Shown: piece by piece, positions 24,974 to 36,576 of the stretch
Layout: the number at the start of each line of letters is the position of its first letter
How positions within the stretch are numbered: the stretch's first letter is position 1
DNA from: Nageia nagi
Taxonomy: Eukaryota; Plantae; Pinophyta
Direction of reading: 5' to 3'
Assembly: GCA_050084985.1 (NCBI GenBank)
Contig: JBITNC010000001.1
Location: 121,086,001-121,150,000 of the forward strand
DNA: 64,000 nucleotides
The notes under the pieces: model-generated
Seen by the model: only the letters and a program-made list of their open reading frames with translations
Databases searched by the model: none
Told to the model about the DNA's origin: nothing
Position numbers and translations under genes: made by a program

Positions 24974-27900
24974 TTATCCTTCATGTTGTGAAAATTCAAG
25001 ATGTATTGAGAAGTGCATTCCATCTGGAATTTCCAAACGGCCAAATGTTGCTGATTTTCGATGTGTCCCAGCCCTCAATAGGTTTACGTCCTTGGTAAAG
25101 ATAAGCTCCCGAATGGTATTCTGGACTTCCTGAATCACGAGCTCAACTCTCCTATCGCTACCATATTTATTCATAAACTTGATCGACTGCACAAACTGGC
25201 TCATTTGGAAGGTCAGGGTGAACAATAGGTCGATCTTGTTCTTGATCAAATTATCACAATCGCTTGTTGCAAACCTTAGCCAATGTAGGTGGTAGGCAAA
25301 TTCTTGGTAGAATTGTATCCTGCCTGCTTGTATTGCATACATTCTTTTCAGACTCTGGATGGTCTGCTCATGGTTTTGAAAATCCTGCAGTAACTGATGA
25401 GTCCCAGAAATTACTTGCTTTTGGCACGGTTCAATGGTTCATTTTGTATATTTGGACATTATGGGACAGATTATTTGTAATGGTTGAACTATCTAGTTGC
25501 TTAATATATGGTTAAATGCATACCTTCCTTATATTAGTATTTTGTGCATACTGATTATACTTTTGTGTTTGTTTTGGACCAAAATGCTTCTTTTTGCTAC
25601 ATAGAATGATGGTCGGTAATTTGGATGGGTTGCAAGTCTTGTGAAGATGCCTTTGAACAAATTCTACATTGTCCGGAGCTCTGCTCCAGACAGATTTTAC
25701 ACAGGTCTGCATCGTCCGGAGCTCCGCTCCAGACATAGTTGGCACCTCATCTGAATAAAGAAGAGCTAGACTTGTTTGGAGCTCTCCTCCAGACTTGTCT
25801 GGAGCCCTTCTCAACTCACCCAAGGTCTTCAACTCAGACGTGTCAAAGGTCTCTATCTCCCAGACTTGTCCGGAGCGCCTGCTCCAGACTCGTCCGGAGC
25901 TTCCATTTCAGACCTATCCGGAGCGCCTGTTCCAGACTCGTCCGGAGCGCCTATTCTAGACTCGTCCGGAGCGCCTGTTCCAGACTCGTCCGGAGCTTCT
26001 ATGTCAAGCTTGTCCGGAGCTTCTATTTCAAGCTTGTCTGGAGCCTCTATGTTGGACTCGTCCGGAGCTCCTGCTTCAAATTCGTCCAGAGCTTCCACTC
26101 CAGGCCTAGATCTGAGGAGTTGACTGTCATCCTTTACTATATTGTTAGCTCTATTCTAACCTTGTATGATCCAGATATTTAGGAGATATGAACTGCTCCA
26201 GATATAGTCTGTAGAAGCATGGTTTCAACACATCAGATATAGTCAGATATGATTCTCGTTTTTGGAGTATGTTTGACTCCAATTTAAGCATAAAGAACTA
26301 CCTATGAATGTAAATAGGATAGTGCTGACCTGTTGAGATGAGCTATCCCTTTTTCTAAGGGATTGCAGCTCTCTTTAGACAGGGCATGGATACTACTAGT
26401 ATGATAATTTTAGTATTAGCCAGTTAGTAGAATAAATGATCTGTTTTCCATAACAGAATACTGTTCAGATTATGGTTATTCTTGACCTACCTATTGTTAA
26501 ACAATGGAGGATATTTATACCTCAATTGTTGACGGTAGGAGGGGTTAGAAGATTCAGAAAGTATTGTGTGAATAGATTATTGTGTTGAAGCTCTGTATTA
26601 GATTTGTCAAGCACATTCTGTGTAAGACGAATTGCATGCAACAATAAAGTGATCTGTTAAAGAGTTTCCAGTTTTGAGTTCTCTAAGTCTTCCACCAAGA
26701 GGAGCAAGGGCCCACTCCAAATGGTAGAAGACTCTTTTATCTTTCTGTACTTTCCAAGTTTAAATGTGAGTTTGCTTTAAGTTCAGCATTTTCCAGTTTG
26801 TCTCTCTTTTAGTATTTCAGATTCCTGTACTTTCAATTCTGCAACGTTCAGTTCTGCACATTTGCTTTCTGCCACTTTGCTTGAAGTAGATACAGCTTAG
26901 AGAGCAGAGCTCAATAGCATACAGCCTTGAACACCTCCGGATTTGATAAAAGTAATGAAGGGGATAAATGTTGATATTCCAAACTTAGTGAGAGGCAACT
27001 AAAAGCTTTCCTGAGTGTTGGTGTACCAGCTCTTTGAGTTAACTGGTCCTTCACAATAACAGGTGTGAGGATCACTAAGGGGAGGGTAGTGACAGCCCTG
27101 GGGGAATTTGGAGTGTCATTATTTAACTCATCAGTAACTTGGAAATGACTGCAGTTGTGTTTTCTTCTGCCTTCTAGTCATCTGTGAGGGAAATCAATCC
27201 AAGTGAAAATTCGTTGACCACTCTCATTATGTCATTGACCAAGGTTTCTTTGGTTGTTGTGATACCAATGTTTAGGGAAGCTTGTAGCTTAATGTCTTCA
27301 AAGGACATTTTGGAAATTTCTATTTCCTTCACCAACTGATTCTTATCAGCCACCTCCTTCAGCTCTTTTATGGTATTCTCCCTCTCCATGCCTTGGTTGA
27401 CCATTTCATCCACATTATAGTTAATAGCGTGTTTATGCCTGGCCCACCCATTTTTTATAACATTGAATTCTTCAGTGTGGATCTGCACATCTTGAAGGTC
27501 TTGCAGATATTTCTTCTTCGAGTAGCATCTATTGATGGTCATCGTATCCTTCTTCATAGACACAAAAGTGTCGAGTTCTTCAATGGGGATTCTTCGAAGG
27601 CACTCTCCCTCTTCTAGCTAGATTCTTCGTCATCACTACGATAGCTCATCTACAGATCCTTCATGACTACATCAATATGAAAATCATATTTCTTCTACGG
27701 GATAGAACTTGATGCAATATTGGCCAAGGTGGTATTTGTATTAGTGGGAGTGGATTCTTTGGGGATCTCCTCAATTCTCAGCTGCTGGTTTTTGAGCTCA
27801 TCTGTCTTATCTTTGATCCTTAATGGTTTGTGGCTGCCATGTTCTAGCTGCTTCCTTTTCTTTCTTTGTTCTTCACTATCGCCTTTGTCTTCTTGATCTC

Positions 27901-30102
27901 CTCCGCTACTTCCTGCTGTCGAGGTTTTGTTCAGCTTTGAGGTTTTACTGAGGGTTGTCCTGGGTGCTTCTTTCTTAGGTGATGACCTCCTCTTCCTCCT
28001 TGGAGTGGTGGATTCTGTGGATTCGAAAGAGGCGACCTGTTTCTCAGATACTGATCTGGTTGGTAAAGTTTCATTGGCTATCTTAGCTTCGAACTCTCCA
28101 TCAATGTCCACAATCTAGGGTTCTCCCGTGTCAAGCTGCGAGTCTTTGTCATCCTCATGTCCCCTTACAATTTCTCCTTCTTCTGAACTAGACTCGGATG
28201 GACTGGAAGATGAGATGATGTCTCGGAATTTGACGATGAACTGGAATGATGAGGCAAATTAGGCTCTTCAGATTGATTTATGGTGGGAGCGATTTGCTCT
28301 TCTGTCTATGCCTCTACCTTAATAGGTCAGGGAACTCAATCTCTGCATGATCTTTTGTTGGTGTCAAGAGATTGGGGATAGCCAAGGGGTTCTCGGCCCT
28401 GACTGGCATTATAGGTGCTATAGGGAAATCCTTTGGGGTGGCATCCTCGAGCTGTTGCAATGGAAAATCAGGGTATCCTGTTTCTGCCATGATATGGACA
28501 TCTTTGGTAATCTCCTTCACAACGAAATGAATTTCTGGTCCAAAACCGCTTAAGGTGGCATGTTCGCCTATCCATCCTTGGCGTCTCCTCACACTTGTCA
28601 AGGAGGTAGATTTCTCACCTGGAGTTGCTTGGGGTTTACTTAAATTCTGGATTCTTCGATCAATCCGACCTTCCGCTGCCAACACTTGATGTACCTCCTG
28701 AATTTGCTTATCTTCTCTTTTATTCCTGTATCTCTCCTTGTCTCCTAGAGACTTGTGCTCATAAATTATTGTTTTTCTGAAAGCTCTTTTGTAGAAGACC
28801 TGAATTCGCCCTTCAAAATCATAATGAGAAGCTGCTTGCACCTCGTAGAAGTGATAATAAGACAACTCCGTCCTCATTTCTTTGGCCTCTTACCAAGTTG
28901 AACATGTATATTCCTCGATGGAAATGGGGAGGTTCCTTGCAGCATTCTTCTTTTTCCATATATTTTCATGCATAAACAACAGTTGTCTATAGAATTCCAT
29001 GAGGATCAACCGATTATTGGCATAATGGGGCAAGAGATATGGCCTGACTTTAGAACCGTAGACCCGAATATATGTATGTGAGGGTTCTTCTAGGAAATAA
29101 TCCTCTTGCCCCTGGATGGCTTCTACAGCAAAATATGATTTCATTTTCACCATCTGCCTTCCCTTTATCTCCTTGTATATCTGATATTCCCACCCGTCGT
29201 TCCTCATGGCATAGTGATCCCATCTGAATTCTAGCCACCATTTGGGATAGGCTTTTCATGTAGGCTTTGTAGGGTCGTTCAAAATGTCTGTATCTGCATG
29301 CGTTGACTTTCTATTTTTGCCATGGAGAAGGAGATATACAAGATATGAATTCATGTGGAACCTCTTTGAAGAGCCGATCGGGCCAATTGCTGAAGGAGGG
29401 AGTCGTTGATTACTTTGCTCCATCGGATCCTTTGCCTATTCCGATTACAGCAATGAAACCGATGAATTCCTTTTGAACTTGAGGTCGTCCTCCTTACCTG
29501 TGACCCGAGACAACATACTGATAATCATTGAGACAATGGGATAGAATTGTTGTCTCTTTGCATTAATCAATTTGTTTCCAGTGAATTCTTTGCTTTCATT
29601 CTCGAGCCAATCTCGGATGAGATCCCTAGCTTGTTGAGATTTCTCATCCTTTTCGGTGTAGATGACCCCTTCGCCATTTTAGTTGAAAGCCTCCTCAATG
29701 CCCTTTGGGGAGAAATCGAGGATTTTATTGCCATCTGTATCATAGAGGGTGTGAGTTTTGTAATTAGCATGCCTACCAACTTCGTAACAAAGCTCATGGA
29801 AAGGTGTGGCAAACAGGATGAGGGTGGCCGTAGCCAATCCAGAGGTACAAATGACCTCATTGAGCATTTGATTCTTTTCTAATCTTTTGATGTATTGCAA
29901 AGTCTGAATTGGGATCGATATGTGACCAATAAGTATCCTGAATATTGGAGAGACTATTTTTGAACTTGGCCTCCTTCAGGGGATCTTCGAGATTCTCTTT
30001 GAGGAATTCAATCTGAGTGGTTTCAGTTAACCTCACTAGCTGAAGTTCTCGAGTCTTTCTCAATTTGGAGTTTATTTTTGACATATTGATCTTGCAAATC
30101 AA
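24974..30102 (-). pseudogene. Accessory ORF of element E (~1100 codons net), unknown function, interrupted by the solo LTR
   Basis: Chain of same-strand ORF pieces 29857-30102, 29679-29900, 28890-29207, 28314-28877, 27695-28111, 27174-27563 and 24974-25342. Homologous to copy A'; no gag/pol motifs. Confidence 0.8.
25395..27133 (+). mobile_element. Solo LTR of the element C family (10 x 24-bp units)
   Basis: Reverse complement of the C LTRs; TGATG..CATCA ends; perfect TSD GTAAC (25390-25394 / 27134-27138); no PBS or PPT. Confidence 0.96.
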
Positions 30103-30359
30103 ATTGAGTTAGTGTGGGATGGACTGATTGATAGACGTAGTGGGAATGGTATGGGTAGGACGAGTGTGGTGTATGATGCCCGACAATCCTGTATGCCCTT
30201 TGATATGAGGAAGATGATGCAAAAATGCAGGTGAGATTTGAGACTTAATGCTTGTGACAAAAGGTGGTTGGTCTCCTTGCAACATCCAAAGTATGAGCCT
30301 TAAACAATTAATGCAAGTGCACATCCTTCAGCTTATGGGACCAATATGAATGCATGAAG

Positions 30360-31840
30360 GGCTTGGTCGCACCTTTCAAGGATGTTAGCTTTCCAACTTA
30401 GATGAATGATGCTACCAGCATGGAGAATGACTTTATGGGATGTGGCCAAAATGAAGGGATGACGCACAACACAAATAATAGACGACTAACTAAATAAAAC
30501 CAAATTTCAACGGGCATCTAAGTGTGGACCCCTTCCTTAAAATGAGACTTCTTTGATGCATGCATGGGAAATTTCAAAACAAAGATGCAAATGTGATTCA
30601 TATGGATCATGCGACCATACAATTTTGACTAAAAATTGCAATTTTAATGGGCGCATTGTTTTTAAAAGATGGATCCTTATCTTCTTGGGATATTGTGACC
30701 ACGCACATCTAGGATGGTCATGCAAAATGAAACCAACTCAAAATTTAATGACTAAAACAGGTGGCCAATAAATATGGACCGTTTGACTTTATGCAAGAAA
30801 AGGTGGTCTCATACTTCAAAAAGGGTGCAAATGTGACTTAGCAAAATCATGCGACCAGCCTTGGAAAGGTAAATGATTTGCAAAATTTGACCAAGTCTCC
30901 TACTCTTATAGCCATCTTGATTGCCAAGTGGCAACACTTCGGCGGCCGAAGGAAGGATTTTCAACAGGTGTCCAATCCCATGCAAAATGCTGTGGTCGCA
31001 TCTCTCCAAAAAGATGCAAATGTATCTTCTTCAAACATGCGATCAGGGATAGGGGTGCCAAAGTCCAACACTTAGTAAAATGAAGCCAAAAGGGTGGTCT
31101 GCATGCTTCCCAAAAGATGCAAATGTAACTTTTTCAAACCATGCGACCAACTAGAAAATGTCCCAAAATGGACTACTTCAACCAAATTCAACTCAAAAGT
31201 GCCCAATAGGGGTGTTCGCACCTTTCTCAAAAGATAGAAGTGTAACTCTTCCTGACCATGCGAACAACCTTTAAGGGTGTTGGGCTATTACTTAGCCAAA
31301 ATTTGAAGACCAAAACACAAGGAATGGGGTGGTCGCACCCTTTTAAAAAGATGCAATTGTAACTTTTGCCAACCATGTGACCACCTTGGAGCAACACGTT
31401 GGATTAGCTAAAGTAAAAATGAAATTACCTTGCTCTCCTTTTATACTAGCTTGTCATGTCCTGTGTCCACTGCTAAACGGCCAGAATGGAGGTCAAATGA
31501 GGTCAAGGATACACATTAAATGCTAAGATGGGGTGGTCAATATCTCCAAAAAGATGAAAAGGCAACTTTTCTAAAAAATGCGACCAACTTGGAGGATGAA
31601 ATTTGAGTGCACTTAGCCAATTTATAGTCTCAAAATTGTATTGAGGGGTGGTCGCACCTTTTGTAAAAGATGCAAAGGTGACTTTTTCAAACTATGCGAC
31701 CAGCTTGGGAGGGATTTACTTAGTAGAATTCTAGCGTTTTGCCTTAGTCTCTTGGGCCTTTTATAGACCATTTTAGGCGCCAATTGTCATCAAAGGGGCG
31801 GCCATTTTAGAAAGAAAATGAGAATTATGATCGCAGCCTT
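30360..31840. repeat. Degenerate ~110-120-bp repeat array with an internal inverted repeat TGGTCGCA-N~38-TGCGACCA
   Basis: Units at about 30803, 30993, 31094, 31214, 31330, 31534 and 31649, plus partial ones; shared core AAAAGATGCAAATGT. Confidence 0.8.
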
Positions 31841-32188
31841 AAAAATAGACAAGAATGTATTCTCCCTTAGCCACGCAATCACCACTTTTGATGTGAAAAC
31901 TTGGTGATTTTGGACATTCTTTGAAACATGACTGGACCTTCATCAGATGCCCGCATTTCCTTCGTTTTTTACTTGTATGGATACTTTGAGAGTATTCTTT
32001 CATCTGCTGTAAGCAAGTATCCCAGGTGAATTTTAAAGTTGCACTTCGGTTCATCTAACTAGCTTGTCTTCACTACACTCTGAAAAAGTGGTTCTCCAAA
32101 GCTTTACTCTTGTTGAGCTCCATTGTCATCCTTTGACTAAGCGTCCCCAAATTTTTCGAAAAATTAGGGGGTTGTTGCTTCATCAACA

Positions 32189-33475
32189 CCACCTTAGTTT
32201 TTATTATTTTATTTTATCATGGTTATTTTATTTTGTACTTCAAATTATTATATATTTTTGTCAAAGCCTTGTGACGGATGAGGATTTGCTCCGACAAGTG
32301 CTGGAATAAATCTTGTATCGCCAAGTGGCGAATTATTATTGGACCTCTAATAATTAGGGAAAACTTCATTTAGGGTTAGGGTTTTCTTTTGAAAAACTAT
32401 TTATATCCCTTGGAGGCTCATTTGTTAGGGGATCCAACATTTTGCGATTGGAGAATTTTTCTAATATTTTCAAGAAAACAAGTTTTCATAATTGTGAATG
32501 TGGTATATGATTCTAAGTGTTGTGTAAATTCTCATTGCTTGTGACTATGAACATGATATGAATGACTCTTGCTAATCTTAAGTGAATGAATGAATGTTAA
32601 TGCTATCTTGTGTTGCTTTGAAATTTTTCTAATATTTTCAAGCAAACAAGTTTTCGTAATTGTGAATGTGGTATGATTCTAATTGTTGGGTAAATTCTCA
32701 TTGCTTGTGACTATGAACATGATATGAATGATTCTTGCTAATCTTAAGTGAATGAATTAATGTTATTGCTATCTTGTGTTGCTTTGATTACTTGGAGCAT
32801 TTCGTAAATCTTAGTTATGGTGGATAAAAGAGTGCTTGAATATCTTTAGAAGTGATTTGAGTAAAACTTGAGTGCAATAGTTTGTAGTTTGCATACGAGA
32901 CTTGTGTATTTTGGAATAGCTCCGCTATGTCACTTAGCTTAGGAACTTCACTCCCATGTTGACAAACCACTCACATTTCATCATAACCATCTTTGCTTCA
33001 GCTTCTCGCTCCCTCTCCTAGACCACTCTTGTTGTTGGTTAGTAGAGTGGATAAGGAGTGCGTGGAGCCTATACAAGCCTGGGAGAGTTGATGTCCAAAC
33101 TCTACACCAGTCGGTGAGATATCATACACATGAGCTAAACTCATATATCCTTGACCACCTTTTTTTTTTATTTCTCATTTTTTTGGCAACTTTTGCAACC
33201 CCGTAACTAGTGGTATTCAAGAAACAACCCTTGCCAAGGTATTAGACAATCCAAGTTCTTGACAAAATAAATTCGATTTAATATGGCGACAGCTTCAAAC
33301 ATCTCAGCCATTCTTTGAGCCCTGTTCCTGAGTACCCAAAAGAGAGAAGCACCTTGGAGGTAATCAGTCCTCATAGTGGAGGAGAGTAATGCCTCCTCAC
33401 ATGGGGTGTTGTTTCTTTGCTAGCCTTGCCATTCATTTGCCTATTCGCAAGGTAGGAAAGAAAAACGTCCCAACA
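32189..33475 (+). repeat. 3' part of a large LTR (continuation of copy A')
   Basis: TATA-like CTATTTATAT at ~32397. Ends GGAAAG....TCCCAACA like the solo LTR ending at 63788, then switches to host intron sequence. Confidence 0.6.
32453..32787. repeat. Tandem duplication, ~168 bp x2
   Basis: 'aatttttctaatattttcaag...tgttgctttga' occurs twice head to tail. Confidence 0.88.
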
Positions 33476-33884
33476 GGATCAAGAGTGGTTCAAATACACA
33501 CGAGCTTTGTACAAGTTGGCCTTTGAGCAAAGTGTCTAAAAGGGATCTTTCTAATAATTTAACTGGGTATTAAATAGAAAAGTGCTGTTTGATAACTGAA
33601 AAGGTTAAATATCAAAGATGGAAACTTATGCCATGAATCCATGGATGGATATCAAAATAAGAATTGTGACTGTTTATTATCAGCTCTTCCAGTTAATATT
33701 ACAGCATTCTGCTTACAGAAATACATTCTTCAGAAAATATATTGTGATCTTGTTCTGGTTCGACAGTGGCATGATGTTTAATATTTTTCTTTAGGGTGGA
33801 TTGTGAAGGCATGCTGTTTAATTAGCAATGGAACTCATTATGTTGCAACATTGTAATCCCGTGGAAGTATTTGGTTGGTTGCAG

Positions 33885-33972
33885 GTACCTTCTGGAGAAA
33901 AGCTTGTCAGTTGACAATCTTTTTGTATTTATTTTAATTTTTAAGTACTTTCAGGTGCCTCCTATGTATCAG
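33885..33972 (+). CDS. TERC: TerC-family thylakoid membrane protein, internal exon (phase 2 start)
   Basis: cag|G TAC CTT CTG... translates (G)YLLEKSLSVDNLFVFILIFKYFQVPPMYQ|gt. It contains the TerC signature E-x-S-L-S-V-D-N-L-F-V-F and has canonical AG/GT splice sites. This is the plant thylakoid TerC protein, not telomerase RNA. Confidence 0.95.
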
Positions 33973-34233
33973 GTCTGGTTTTGTTGCCTGGGATCTTTCT
34001 GTTTTATATTCTTCTATTTGATCAAGCCTTATTTAATGTTGCACAATTGATATTTTGTAGCTTGTTTTGTATTCTTCTATTTGATCAAGCCTTGTGAAAC
34101 ATTAAATAATGAACGCTAGCTGGGAATGAAATGGTCAAGCAGACATCTTGCCTTAGCAAAGGTCATTTTTGGCATATCTTTGTATTTGTGATTGTGTACA
34201 TCCACTTATTTATATAATGGATTGCACATGCAG

Positions 34234-34314
34234 AATCGGGTTCTTTCCTATGGGATTGCTGGTGCAATAGTATTTCGTGCTTCAATGATTATACTTGGTG
34301 CTGCTACTCTGCAG
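34234..34314 (+). CDS. TERC: TerC-family protein, internal exon
   Basis: cag|AAT CGG... translates NRVLSYGIAGAIVFRASMIILGAATLQ|gt. In frame with the previous exon; matches the TerC 'Q-RVL-GI-GA---R' motif. Confidence 0.95.
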
Positions 34315-34458
34315 GTACTTATTTGAATGAAATTTGCTTACTGCTGGAACTATCTGCAAGCCATTATTAAATGCTGGTTTATTTCTTATTCGTGGTTTAC
34401 TTTTAGTTTTAATCAGATTCTGTTGGTTTATTTCTCTTTTTTCCTTGGTTGGCTGTAG

Positions 34459-34515
34459 AGATTCGAGATAGTGAATTTGTTCTTAGCGGGGATTCTTCTC
34501 TATTCAGCAACTAAG
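34459..34515 (+). CDS. TERC: TerC-family protein, internal exon
   Basis: tag|AGA TTC... translates RFEIVNLFLAGILLYSATK|gt, a hydrophobic TM segment in frame with its neighbours. Confidence 0.92.
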
Positions 34516-36012
34516 GTCTCTCCTCCTCCAACGTTTTCATCAGGAGATATTTCTGTTCAGTTCATTTATTTCCTTCAATTTCCCTGTTTAAAAGTATTTG
34601 TCTAACTGATATGGTTCGTTTGTGCAAAATGGGTATGTGCTGTTTCTAGCTGTGTTACTTTTTTTAACTGATGATTAGATTTTACATTGATTTTCATTTT
34701 GCTTTTATTGACTGACTGCAATCTCTGCAAGGATCAATGTAAACCTAATATTATGTATAAAAATGCGATGAGACTTGTTTTAGTCTAGCTAATCAAAACA
34801 TTATTGACTATTATGACCCCATGAAGGATGAAAGCTACTATAATTTCGCTTCTGTTTCCGTCTTGCTAATTCTTCTTTACAGCTGCAATTCTTTTCCATG
34901 GTCAGTGAGGCTTCATAGGTGCTATGCATAAGAAATTTTATTATGCAGAGAACATTGTTTGCAGTCTAATAGTATGATAAATATTTTTCTCTAATTACAA
35001 TAAAATGGTTTTGAGAATCTTGAACTTGGATGCATGCTTCTTGATTTAACTGAGAGCAGCTCTGTACCAGCTAATTTTCCGTTCAGTGAAATTTGTATCC
35101 ATGTTCATGTGATAACAGATGTTAGGAAATTGAACATATAAACAATTTAAGTTTGATATGTCAGAAAGTGCTTGTGAATCTTCAGAGACAATGTTTGAAT
35201 TTCAAAAGACTGATTTCTTAGTATTGGCCTTGGCTATTGGTGGTCATTGAAGTTATATTATCTGCCACTTTGTCTTGGACACAATAGAAATCCTTCAAGG
35301 AAAAGATGATTCATGAAGTTAGAATTAAATATTGGTGCACTTTCATCGACAGTATCCATGTATCGAGGTTAATTTCACCTGAACTGATAGAAGACAAATT
35401 TCTAGACTCTGCCATATGATGCTTAAGAGTATATCCCTGCAGAATTTCCATTTTTAATGGAAAGTTGGAGCTTTTGATTAGAACATATAAAAATTGTATA
35501 GAAATCACTTTTCAGGCGTTCTATCTATTTCTAATGTGTTTTCTAATAATATTTTTATTATCTTGACTCTTTGGTAATGTTGCAAAGTAATTGACCCCCA
35601 GAAAATCATTAACGCTTAAGATACTTAATTACTTAAATTTATCAAGGAGGGCATGTAGATAATAAAATAGTCTATTAACTTGAGAATTTTTACCTTTGAT
35701 GTTAAAAGGTGGATCTTGTATTGCTTGGAAATAACTCTATTCAGGGGCAAGATGGCTTGCCAGTAGAGATGATACGAGAGCACAGCTGGTATTATGATCT
35801 GCCATATGTACAACAAAAAATAATAACAGTGCCCTACAAATTTCATTGTTAGAACCAATGGACCCGGTAGGACTCAAATCTAGGCCGTCATGATTACCGA
35901 TGTAGGTGGCTCAGCTGCTTTTGTTCAAGTATTTTCCTTGCATTTGTAGATCGACTTCTATTAGCTACCTCAAGTCACACACTGGCGTTCGAGCTTGAGA
36001 ACACCTAGCATG

Positions 36013-36517
36013 GCTCTGATACCATGTTAGAGCCCCTGGACCAACAAGGACTGGAACCATGGACCTCCTGATTGTTGACACAGGCACTCTACCATTGACT
36101 TTCAATAGTCATCAGATACGCAACAGAAACAAATAAATAACATAAGAGAATTACGCAACAAATGTTGAAGAATACCTCTAAGGTTTGGTTATGCAACAAA
36201 ATACTTTTTTAAGGAATGGATCATTTCACAATCTTCCAAAGAGATTCCAGTGTCCAACTACTATGCTGAAGCGAATATTTCACAGTATATCATAATGATT
36301 TCACAATGACATCTTTTATTTATAAACCTCCCAAATAATAATACCGTAGGCATCAAAAGCTCAGGATTGTAGAAACTTATGGGCCCATTGTACCCAATTA
36401 AACCATGTAAGGATATGAACTCATGTTAGTCATTTATGGTAAGTTTGACATATATCATGCAAAACTATAATATGATTTCAAATATACAATAGAACATTAC
36501 ATAAACATTTTCCCAAT
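36013..36517 (-). mobile_element. Short LTR remnant with a tRNA-iMet PBS (probably copia-type)
   Basis: GCTCTGATACCA directly followed by TGTTAG (36025); probable LTR end ..CCCAATA near 36517. No coding domains recognised. Confidence 0.45.
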
Positions 36518-36576
36518 AATCCCTTCTATAGTACCTCAATAAAGATTGCTTTTCCAAGTTAGTCTTTGCTTGAAAG

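Larger units (their letters stand above)
23818..32188 (-). mobile_element. Element E: putative giant (~6.6 kb net) solo LTR containing a long accessory ORF; 3' end truncated
   Basis: Minus strand starts TGTTGATGAAGCAACAACCCCC..TTTGGGGAC, resembling the TSD-bounded solo LTR at 59913. It then has a repeat array, an ORF, a TATA-like CTATAAGTA (24674-24682) and U5-like sequence. No gag/pol, PBS or second LTR; left boundary and TSD not recovered. Confidence 0.6.

Noticed and set aside
30360-31840. CRISPR-like repeat/spacer appearance
   Set aside because: Eukaryotic TE context, degenerate repeats, related spacers and no cas genes.
34007-34093. 24-bp direct repeat (tattcttctatttgatcaagcctt) in the short TERC intron
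   Set aside because: A simple local duplication with no sign of function.
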